Assembly: GCA_013001965.1 (NCBI GenBank)
Contig: JABDLA010000135.1
Location: 1,823-65,822, forward strand
Length of the DNA: 64,000 bases
Origin: Flavobacteriaceae bacterium
GTDB lineage: Bacteria > Bacteroidota > Bacteroidia > Flavobacteriales > Flavobacteriaceae
Direction: 5' to 3'
A program made the translations under genes and the position numbers. Below the pieces are notes generated by a model. It saw only the letters and a program-made list of their open reading frames with translations. It ran no database searches and was not told the DNA's origin. Below are positions 1 through 9,477 of the stretch, in pieces (within the stretch, counting starts at the first letter, position 1; the number at the start of each line of letters is the position of its first letter).

Positions 1-17
1 CAAAATAAATGTATGAG

Positions 18-44
18 AACCCGGAATTTACTTCCGGGTTTTTT
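18..44 (+). terminator. Intrinsic terminator of a gene upstream of the window
   Basis: Stem AACCCGGAA / TTCCGGGTT with a 5-nt loop, followed by a T-run. Confidence 0.8.
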
Positions 45-138
45 CATTTTAATGATAGCCATTTTTAATTCGAAAAAAAGGATTCAAAATTCAATGAATA
101 TTTGATGGTATTTATGCTTTATTTTTAATTAAAAAATA

Positions 139-146
139 TATCTTTG
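139..146 (+). promoter_or_regulatory. Bacteroidota primary-sigma -7 element for atpD
   Basis: TATCTTTG matches TAnnTTTG, about 60 nt upstream of the atpD ATG. Confidence 0.6.
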
Positions 147-178
147 CAGCCAGAAAAACGAACGGTTTTTTCGATTAA

Positions 179-1717
<1,539 letters not shown>

Positions 1718-1736
1718 TATTTAAAAAAAACAACCT

Positions 1737-2012
1737 ATGTTTTTAGAGATTGTAACACCGGAAGCCACCTTATTCAAAGGAGAAGTTACAAGTGTAGCTG
1801 TTCCCGGGGTCAATGGTGAGTTTGAAATGCTAAAAGATCATGCGCCTATAGTTTCCCTGTTGAAAGAAGGTCATGTTAAGTTATACGGTGATATTCAACT
1901 TGAAGAAGAAGTAGAAGATCGCTTTACCAAAGAAGACCGAGGTGTATGGCTGGCCATAAATTCAGGAACGATCGAATTAAAGGATAATAAAGTAATTGTC
2001 TTAGCGGACTAA
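1737..2012 (+). CDS. atpC: F0F1 ATP synthase subunit epsilon (short form)
   Basis: LEIVTPE...PG.NGEF.ML.DHAPIVS motif; directly follows atpD. Confidence 0.95.
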   Translation: MFLEIVTPEATLFKGEVTSVAVPGVNGEFEMLKDHAPIVSLLKEGHVKLYGDIQLEEEVEDRFTKEDRGVWLAINSGTIELKDNKVIVLAD

Positions 2013-2033
2013 TTTCATAATAAGAACATTCTG

Positions 2034-2063
2034 AAACGCGAAACTTAGGTTTCGCGTTTTTTT
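2034..2063 (+). terminator. Intrinsic terminator after atpDC, possibly bidirectional
   Basis: AAACGCGAAAC-TTAG-GTTTCGCGTTT plus T-run, between convergent genes. Confidence 0.85.
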
Positions 2064-2065
2064 GT

Positions 2066-3877
2066 TTAAAGTACCTTCGCTTTGATCTTTTTCCATAAAC
2101 GAATTAAAATATATCCTGCTATTAGTGCTGTCAGTGAGAGCATCAATGCATTGGTATATTGCCCGTAGATAAAATAGCCTGTGGCGAACATGACGCTGTA
2201 GATCATCCCGCAGCCTACCAGCATGGCCTTTATTCCTGATGGTACGCTCCAGCCTTCATTATCATCTACAAGTTCAATATTGTCTTGTCTAGCTTCAGTA
2301 ACAATTTTATTCCAGCCGGGGCCTCCAGGTTGTATCCTGTGATAAAAATTTTGAAGTACTTCTTTGCGTTCGGCCCGGGTTAAAAAAGTTACCGTTACCC
2401 AAACAATTGTAGTCACTAAAACGATCATGGGAAACTTTGCCCAGCCAGGCATCAATCCTTCATCTCCAAAACAATAATCTCCAAAGGACGAGAAATTCAA
2501 TAGCACTGAAACGAATCCCGAAACAAACATCGCAGCAATTTCACTCCATGCATTGATACGCCACCAAAACCATCTTAAGATAAAAATCAGGCCGGTCCCT
2601 GCTCCAAACATGAGGATAATGTCAAATAACTGAAGGGCATTGGTGAGTACTAATGCCAAAAGGGCACTAAATATCATAAGGACCACAGTTGAAATTCTAC
2701 CAACGGCCACAAGCTCCTTTTCAGAGGCGTCCTTTTTGATCTGTTGTTTGTAAAAGTCGTTCACAATATAGGAGGACCCCCAATTCAAATGGGTTGATAT
2801 CGTACTCATGTAGGCTGCGACAAGAGAGGCTAAAACCAATCCCAACAACCCATGAGGCAGTTTGGTGAGCATGGCCGAATAGGCCAGATCATGACCCAAT
2901 TTATCAGCGGTAACATTAGGAAATGTTTCCTGTATACTCGCCAGGTCGGGAAACATTACTAAGGAAGCCAGTGCCACAATGATCCATGGCCATGGACGGA
3001 GTGCATAATGCATAATATTGAAAAAGAAGGTCGCTCCAATGGCGTGATTTTCATTTTTCGCGGCCAGCATCCGTTGCGCAATATAGCCACCTCCTCCAGG
3101 TTCGGCCCCAGGGTACCAGGAACTCCACCATTGTACAGCAAGTGGAATGATGAGCAGAGTTATCAAGGCTTCTTTATTACTGAAATCCGGCAGAATATTT
3201 AATTTGTCTGCCACATTCTCGTGTTGCAATAGTGCTTCCAATCCGCCTACTTCCGGTAGTCCCACAACATAATATGCGGCTCCAATGGCTCCTGCCATTG
3301 CGGTAAAAAAGAGAATGAAATCGGTATAGATTACCCCTTTAAATCCACCCAATGCGCTAAAAATAACCGTGATCACACCGGCGTATACAACGGTTTCCCA
3401 GGGCTGTAAACCCAACATGACGCTGCCTATTTTGATGGCTGCCAAAGTCACAGCCGACATGGCTAAAATGTTGAATATGATTCCTAAATAAATTGCCCGG
3501 AATCCTCTTAAGAATTTTGCCGCCCCGCCGCCATATCGCAGTTCATAAAACTCAATATCGGTATTGACCTTTGACTTTCGCCAGAGTTTCGCATATACAA
3601 ATACCGTTAGTAGGCCGGTAATCAAAAAGGCCCACCACACCCAATTTCCGGATACGCCGTTATTACGTACAATGTCGGTTACAAGATTGGGCGTATCGGT
3701 AGAAAATGTAGTTGCCACCATCGAAACACCTAGGAGCCACCATGGCATATTTCGTCCGGACAGGAAATATTCGGCAGAACTTTTTCCTGATTGTTTGGAA
3801 ACATAGATCCCGATAAATAAAGTGATTGCAAAAAAAGCGAAAATGAGTATAAGATCGAAGGTCGACAGATCTATCAT
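2066..3877 (-). CDS. Sodium:solute symporter (SSS) family protein
   Basis: EYFLSGRNMPWWLLGVSMVATTF N-terminus, QRMLAAK, AAYMST, many TM segments. Confidence 0.92.
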   Translation of the reverse strand: MIDLSTFDLILIFAFFAITLFIGIYVSKQSGKSSAEYFLSGRNMPWWLLGVSMVATTFSTDTPNLVTDIVRNNGVSGNWVWWAFLITGLLTVFVYAKLWRKSKVNTDIEFYELRYGGGAAKFLRGFRAIYLGIIFNILAMSAVTLAAIKIGSVMLGLQPWETVVYAGVITVIFSALGGFKGVIYTDFILFFTAMAGAIGAAYYVVGLPEVGGLEALLQHENVADKLNILPDFSNKEALITLLIIPLAVQWWSSWYPGAEPGGGGYIAQRMLAAKNENHAIGATFFFNIMHYALRPWPWIIVALASLVMFPDLASIQETFPNVTADKLGHDLAYSAMLTKLPHGLLGLVLASLVAAYMSTISTHLNWGSSYIVNDFYKQQIKKDASEKELVAVGRISTVVLMIFSALLALVLTNALQLFDIILMFGAGTGLIFILRWFWWRINAWSEIAAMFVSGFVSVLLNFSSFGDYCFGDEGLMPGWAKFPMIVLVTTIVWVTVTFLTRAERKEVLQNFYHRIQPGGPGWNKIVTEARQDNIELVDDNEGWSVPSGIKAMLVGCGMIYSVMFATGYFIYGQYTNALMLSLTALIAGYILIRLWKKIKAKVL

Positions 3878-3901
3878 TGTAAAGTGTTATTTTTTGATGT
3901 T

Positions 3902-4444
3902 CTAATTCAAACGCCAAAACAGGATTTCCCAATCGTGTTCATTAGAGCGATATGAATATAAGATTTTAAATCCAATTGCATAATGCGCATTTAATGATCT
4001 TATATTGGATTTATCCACCTGGGTAATAATGAGATCAAATTGTGATTTAAGTACCAATTTCATCTGTTGATATAAGCCTCTAAAGATCCCTTGTTTCCGA
4101 TAGGCTTTATCAATACATACCTGACCCATTATGATGTATGAGATTGTTTTTTCAATTTTTTTTTCGATCTGCCCGAACATGGATTTAAGAACCTCAATAT
4201 CGTTTTTGAAAGACCGATCCATACAGAGCGTATAGCCTATAACTTTATCGGAATGTTTGGCAATGATATGAGGGCATTTGTCATTCATGGCCTTTAATAT
4301 ATCATAGTCATGATGAACGGTTACGAAGCCTTCGCTTTGCTTTTCTTCATTGGAAATTTCTGTTGGTAAATTTATGCGCTGGAGGTTTAGGATTTGATTC
4401 AACTCTTCAGCCGTTTCTGCCCTTTTATAAATAATAGCGCTCAT
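3902..4444 (-). CDS. GNAT family N-acetyltransferase
   Basis: Acetyl-CoA motif A (VCIDKAYRKQGIF) and N.RS..AH..IGF motif B. Confidence 0.85.
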   Translation of the reverse strand: MSAIIYKRAETAEELNQILNLQRINLPTEISNEEKQSEGFVTVHHDYDILKAMNDKCPHIIAKHSDKVIGYTLCMDRSFKNDIEVLKSMFGQIEKKIEKTISYIIMGQVCIDKAYRKQGIFRGLYQQMKLVLKSQFDLIITQVDKSNIRSLNAHYAIGFKILYSYRSNEHDWEILFWRLN

Positions 4445-5223
4445 AATTCAAGATGATTCAGCTGCTTAATGGATTTCAGTTCGACCTTCAAGTCCTGGAA
4501 CATAGTAACGATACTGCTCAGCTTGAGTTCGTTCTCATCATACTCCTGTGTATTGATACAGCAGGTGAATTCCCAGAGTTCCAAAACATCTTTTATCTTC
4601 ACCCTATAGGGTGCGTACAGCTTATTATCGGAATGCAGTATAAGCGATTGTTCTTCTTCAATACGGTTATAGACGCGCTTATAGACCAGGCCGTCGTCTT
4701 TGGTCAATACGATATAAGTCCGCCCGTCTTTGAGCTCGTTAATATCTTCAATGTATTTAGCCACTACAAAGGCACCATCCTTTACGGGCAGCATGGAATC
4801 CCCTTTTATAGGAAAGGCGCGGTGTGTCCCTGTTGGGAGAAATGGCAGTTTTATCTTCTGAAGTTGCTCGATATACTCAGGATCGGCATAGCCCTGCAGA
4901 TAGCCCGCCGATGCTTTTGCCGGAATGATCTCTATAAGATCCTCATTGGCCTCATCAACGGTAATAGGAAATAATACCCGTTTATTGCCTACATCTATAA
5001 ATGAGGTGTCTTTTGCCAGCCTCAGGTCATTTTTGACCAGGATGTCTATAGGAATGTTGAAATAATTGGAGAGGTCGATCAATCGTTCGATCGATGGCTC
5101 CGACCGCCCTTCTTCATAAGAGCCTATGACAGAGCGTGTCCAGCCCAGCTCTTCTGCAAATTGCTCTTGTGAAAAGTTTTTCAAAACCCTTAAGTGCCGA
5201 ATATTTGCCTGTATTTTTCTCAT
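4441..5223 (-). CDS. XRE-HTH / S24 peptidase LexA- or CI-like repressor
   Basis: N-terminal HTH (SQEQFAEELG...SYEEGRSEPS), Ala-Gly cleavage site (ASAG), catalytic Ser (GDSM) and Lys (YKR). Confidence 0.92.
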   Translation of the reverse strand: MRKIQANIRHLRVLKNFSQEQFAEELGWTRSVIGSYEEGRSEPSIERLIDLSNYFNIPIDILVKNDLRLAKDTSFIDVGNKRVLFPITVDEANEDLIEIIPAKASAGYLQGYADPEYIEQLQKIKLPFLPTGTHRAFPIKGDSMLPVKDGAFVVAKYIEDINELKDGRTYIVLTKDDGLVYKRVYNRIEEEQSLILHSDNKLYAPYRVKIKDVLELWEFTCCINTQEYDENELKLSSIVTMFQDLKVELKSIKQLNHLEL

Positions 5224-5229
5224 TTGCTA

Positions 5230-5237
5230 CAAATATA
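5230..5237 (-). promoter_or_regulatory. -7 promoter element of the repressor gene
   Basis: Minus strand reads TATATTTG (TAnnTTTG), ending 6 nt before the ATG. Confidence 0.6.
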
Positions 5238-5246
5238 AGCAATCAC

Positions 5247-5263
5247 AACTACATATTGTAGTT
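5247..5263. promoter_or_regulatory. Palindromic operator, putative SOS box of the S24 repressor
   Basis: Perfect inverted repeat AACTACA-TAT-TGTAGTT between the divergent promoters. Confidence 0.75.
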
Positions 5264-5270
5264 AATTTTG
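5263..5270 (+). promoter_or_regulatory. -7 promoter element of dnaE2-dinB
   Basis: TAATTTTG (TAnnTTTG) abutting the operator, 12 nt before ATG 5283. Confidence 0.6.
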
Positions 5271-5282
5271 TTAAATCTAAAG

Positions 5283-8258
5283 ATGTATATCAATTGTCAT
5301 ACATATTACAGTTTGCGTTATGGGACTATAAAGCCCGAGGCTTTGCTTGCCATAGCTTCTGAAAACGGCCTGCAGACACTGGCGCTAACTGACATTAACA
5401 ACACCTCAGCCTGCCTTGATTTTGTACGTTTATCATCAAAATACAAAATCAAGCCGGTCCTTGGTGTCGATTTTAGAAATGGCGCACAACAGCAATTCAT
5501 CGTGATTGCCAAGAACAATAAAGGCTTTCAGGAGATCAATGCTTATCTATCACAGTTTCTTCATCACCATGATCTCAAAATTCCTGAAGCCCCCAACCGG
5601 ACATTTGAAGATTGTTATGTCATCTATCCCTATCGGCATGATAAAACATACGTCCTCAAACCCAACGAGTTTCTGGGCATTAAGCCACAGGATCTCAACA
5701 AACTCAAGTTTTCAAAATGGAACAGCCATCGGGCGAAATTGGTCGTCCTGCAAACCGTGTCTTTTCAAAATAAGAAAGGCTTCAATACCCATCGCCTGTT
5801 ACGTGCTATCGACAATAATACGTTGCTGAGCAAGCTTCCTAAAAGCGAGCAGGGCCGGGAGACCGATGTCATGTTGCCCTATGACGATTTGTGCGACACC
5901 TACGAAGAATTCCCCGAACTCATCAAGAATACCAACCGCCTTCTCGAACATTGTTCCATCAGCTTCGATTTTTCACAAACCACACCCAACAACCAACGCT
6001 GCTATACCAATAATGAGATCTTAGATTACAAACTGCTGGAAAAATTAACCTATGAAGGATTGAATTACCGCTACAAGCATCCCGATAAAACCGTTTACGG
6101 CCGTATTGAAAAAGAACTGAATATCATTAAGGAAAAAGGCTTTGTCTCCTATTTTTTGATCAACTGGAGGATCTTAAAATATGCGCGCAGCAAAGGCTAT
6201 TTTTATGTGGGTCGTGGCAGTGGCGCCAATAGTATTGTTGCCTATTTACTGCGTATCACTGATGTTGACCCCGTAGAACTCGACCTCTATTTTGAACGCT
6301 TTATCAATCTCTACCGGAAGAATCCACCCGATTTCGATATTGATTTCTCATGGACAGACCGTGATGACATTACCGAATTCATTTTCAAGCGTTTTAAGCA
6401 TACCGCACTCATTACCGTTTACAACACCTTCAAATTCAGGGCTTCGGTTAGGGAATTGGGAAAGGTCTTTGGCTTGCCAAAAGCCGAAATGGATGTGCTC
6501 ACCAGAGGGAAATACAATTTTAAAAGTTTAGACAAGCTATCCCAACTGGTTTTGGTCTACAGTCAGTATATTCAGGGCTTTCCGAATTATTTGGGTATTC
6601 ATGCCGGCGGTATCATTATTTCTGAAAAACCCATTCATTATTATACGGCTACTTTCATGCCTCCAAAAGGCTTTGCAACCACACAGTTTGATATGGTAGC
6701 CGCAGAAGATATCGGCCTTTATAAGTTTGATATTTTGAGTCAGCGTGGCCTGGGAAAAATCAAAGAGACCGTCGATATCGTCGCTTATAACCATCCTGAA
6801 CAGTCGCCTATAGACATCCATGACATTAAGCGTTTTAAACAGGATCAACGCATCAAGGATCTTTTGAGAAACGCCAAAGCCATTGGTTGTTTTTATGTGG
6901 AATCCCCTGCCATGCGCATGCTGCTCAAAAAATTGCAGGTCGATAATTATTTGGGCCTGGTGGCGGCGAGTTCGGTCATTCGTCCCGGTGTTTCGAAATC
7001 GGGGATGATGCGTGAATATATCATGCGCTATCGCTATCCCGAAAGGAGAAATGACGCTCATCCCGTATTGCTTGATATCATGCCCGACACATACGGCGTT
7101 ATGGTCTATCAGGAAGATGTGATCAAGGTAGCTCATCATTTTGGTGGATTGAATTTAGGCGAAGCCGATATGTTGCGCCGTGGTATGTCGGGCAAGTTTC
7201 GCTCACGTGAAGAATTCCTTAAGGTGAAACAACAGTTCTTCGATAACTGTAAACGCGATGGCAAAGCCGATGATCTTACCAAAGAGGTTTGGCGGCAAAT
7301 TGAAAGTTTCGCAGGCTATGCTTTCGCTAAAGGGCATTCGGCTTCCTATGCTGTGGAAAGCTACCAAAGCCTTTTCTTAAAAGCATACTATCCGCTTGAA
7401 TATATGGTAGCCACCATCAATAATTTTGGTGGTTTTTACAGAACCGAGCTTTACGTCCATGAAGCCAGGATGCATGATGGCATCATAGAAGCACCATGCA
7501 TTAACAGCAGCTATAACCAAACCATTATTAAAGGAAAGACCATTTATCTGGGCTTTATGTTCCTGCATGCTTTTGAGACCAAGACCATTAAACGCATACT
7601 TACCGAGCGTGAAGACCACGGTCTATTTAAAAGCCTGGATGATTTTATTGAGCGTGTTCCCATATCTATAGAACAGATAGCCATTCTTATCAAGATCAAT
7701 GCCTTTCGGTTTACGGGCATTAATAAACGTGAACTGCTTTGGGAGGCCCACCTAAAGATCAGCAAGACCGTCATTCAGGAGCATGTCATTACCCTATTCA
7801 AAACCCGGCGGATCAATTATAAAACACCTCAATTGCTGAGTACTGCCCTGGAAAATGCCTTTGATGAGATCGAACTTTTGGGCTTCCCGTTGTGCAATCC
7901 CTTCAGCCTGTTATTAGAGCCTCCAAAAAATCGGCTAAAGGCCAAAGAGCTTTTGCAATACAAGAACAAGATCGTCACTGTTGAAGGCTATTTGGTTACC
8001 ACAAAAACCACAACGACCTCAAATAAAAAGATGATGCATTTTGGCACCTTTCTGGATCGTGATGGTGATTTTATAGATACTGTTCATTTTCCTCCGGTGG
8101 CTGCTAAATTTCCCTTCAGGGGGCGTGGTATCTATAAGATCCGTGGGCGCGTATTGGAAGAATTCGACTGTGTGAACATAGAAGTTATGGCCATGTACAG
8201 ACTTGCAATTATAGAAGACCCCAGATATGCCGAAGTTAAAAAACCACTAACAGCATGA
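5283..8258 (+). CDS. dnaE2: Error-prone DNA polymerase III alpha subunit (DnaE2-type)
   Basis: PHP start NCHTYYSLRYG, GRGSGANSIVAY, catalytic PDFDIDF and KFDIL, YAFAKGHS; short (about 990 aa) and coupled to dinB. Start moved to ATG 5283. Confidence 0.88.
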   Translation: MYINCHTYYSLRYGTIKPEALLAIASENGLQTLALTDINNTSACLDFVRLSSKYKIKPVLGVDFRNGAQQQFIVIAKNNKGFQEINAYLSQFLHHHDLKIPEAPNRTFEDCYVIYPYRHDKTYVLKPNEFLGIKPQDLNKLKFSKWNSHRAKLVVLQTVSFQNKKGFNTHRLLRAIDNNTLLSKLPKSEQGRETDVMLPYDDLCDTYEEFPELIKNTNRLLEHCSISFDFSQTTPNNQRCYTNNEILDYKLLEKLTYEGLNYRYKHPDKTVYGRIEKELNIIKEKGFVSYFLINWRILKYARSKGYFYVGRGSGANSIVAYLLRITDVDPVELDLYFERFINLYRKNPPDFDIDFSWTDRDDITEFIFKRFKHTALITVYNTFKFRASVRELGKVFGLPKAEMDVLTRGKYNFKSLDKLSQLVLVYSQYIQGFPNYLGIHAGGIIISEKPIHYYTATFMPPKGFATTQFDMVAAEDIGLYKFDILSQRGLGKIKETVDIVAYNHPEQSPIDIHDIKRFKQDQRIKDLLRNAKAIGCFYVESPAMRMLLKKLQVDNYLGLVAASSVIRPGVSKSGMMREYIMRYRYPERRNDAHPVLLDIMPDTYGVMVYQEDVIKVAHHFGGLNLGEADMLRRGMSGKFRSREEFLKVKQQFFDNCKRDGKADDLTKEVWRQIESFAGYAFAKGHSASYAVESYQSLFLKAYYPLEYMVATINNFGGFYRTELYVHEARMHDGIIEAPCINSSYNQTIIKGKTIYLGFMFLHAFETKTIKRILTEREDHGLFKSLDDFIERVPISIEQIAILIKINAFRFTGINKRELLWEAHLKISKTVIQEHVITLFKTRRINYKTPQLLSTALENAFDEIELLGFPLCNPFSLLLEPPKNRLKAKELLQYKNKIVTVEGYLVTTKTTTTSNKKMMHFGTFLDRDGDFIDTVHFPPVAAKFPFRGRGIYKIRGRVLEEFDCVNIEVMAMYRLAIIEDPRYAEVKKPLTA

Positions 8259-9475
8259 TCTTTTCAAACAGAGCCATAGTGCATATGGACCTGGACACTT
8301 TTTTTGTGTCCTGCGAGCGTTTGTTGGATAGCAGGCTCATAGGAAAACCTGTGCTCATTGGCGGCACTTCCGATCGTGGTGTGGTAGCTTCATGCAGTTA
8401 TGAAGCCCGCACTTTTGGTATTCATTCGGCCATGCCCATGCGTATGGCCAAACAACTCTGTCCCGAAGCCATCATCTTAAGAGGAAACTCTGGCGTGTAT
8501 ACCAATTTTTCAAAGAATGTCACCGAGGTCATTAAAGAAAGTGTCCCGCTTTATGAAAAGTCGTCTATTGATGAGTTCTATATCGACCTTACAGGCATGG
8601 ATAAATTCTTTGGTTGTCATAAATTGGCTTCTGAGTTGCGTCAGCGCATCATTAAAGAAACCGGTTTGCCCATTTCCTTTGGATTGTCTATCAACAAAAC
8701 CGTTTCAAAAATCGCCACCGGCGAGGCCAAGCCTAACAACCAAATTCAAATCAGCAAAGGGACAGAAAAACCCTTTTTAGCACCTTTATCGGTGAAGAAG
8801 ATCCCCATGGTTGGCGAGGTCACTTACAAATCACTCTGTGACCTGGGCGTAAAACGCATTAAAACCGTTCAGGACATGCCTATGGAACTGATGCACAAAG
8901 TACTTGGGAAAAACGGCCTGAGCATCTGGAAAAAAGCCAATGGTATAGACAACAGCCCGGTCATGCAATACCACGAACGCAAATCGATCTCTACCGAACG
9001 CACCTTCGATAAAGACACCACCGATGTCCATAAGCTCAAAAGCATCGTCATGGCCATGACCGAAAATCTTGCCTATCAGTTACGGCGCGGTAATAAATTG
9101 ACAGCTTGTATTACCTTTAAGATCCGCTACTCCGATTTCCAAACCTATACCCAGCAGCAGCGTATTCCGTATAGCGCTATGGACCATAGTATTGTTCCTG
9201 TGGTTCTCAGCCTCTTTAAAAAACTCTATAACAGGCGGCTGTTGGTGAGGCTCGTTGGGGTGAAGTTCAGCCACCTGGTAGAAGGCGGCCACCAGGTCAA
9301 TTTATTTGAAGATGATGAAAAATATTTGAACCTCAGCCAGGCCATCGACAGGATGCGTGAGCGTTACGGCGATCGATCGGTCATCAATGCGGCTGGTATG
9401 GATGCCAAAAGCATCAGCCGATGGAATCCCTTTACAGGTGAACCGCCACCATTACTGGCGAATAGACGACGATAA
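8255..9475 (+). CDS. dinB: Y-family DNA polymerase (DinB/Pol IV-like)
   Basis: HMDLDTFFVSCE, SYEAR, SIDE catalytic motifs and clamp-binding QVNLF; ATGA overlap with dnaE2. Confidence 0.92.
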   Translation: MIFSNRAIVHMDLDTFFVSCERLLDSRLIGKPVLIGGTSDRGVVASCSYEARTFGIHSAMPMRMAKQLCPEAIILRGNSGVYTNFSKNVTEVIKESVPLYEKSSIDEFYIDLTGMDKFFGCHKLASELRQRIIKETGLPISFGLSINKTVSKIATGEAKPNNQIQISKGTEKPFLAPLSVKKIPMVGEVTYKSLCDLGVKRIKTVQDMPMELMHKVLGKNGLSIWKKANGIDNSPVMQYHERKSISTERTFDKDTTDVHKLKSIVMAMTENLAYQLRRGNKLTACITFKIRYSDFQTYTQQQRIPYSAMDHSIVPVVLSLFKKLYNRRLLVRLVGVKFSHLVEGGHQVNLFEDDEKYLNLSQAIDRMRERYGDRSVINAAGMDAKSISRWNPFTGEPPPLLANRRR

Positions 9476-9477
9476 AA

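Noticed and set aside
5268..5282. Upstream TTG start for dnaE2 given by the ORF track
   Set aside because: It overlaps the -7 promoter element; homology begins at MYINCH (ATG 5283). Similar over-extended starts were trimmed for porZ, pheS, batC, batE, moxR, DUF1501 and DUF1800.
4441..9475. Prophage or mobile-element interpretation of the CI-like repressor block
   Set aside because: No integrase, transposase, structural genes or flanking direct repeats seen; the repressor is explained as an SOS regulator.
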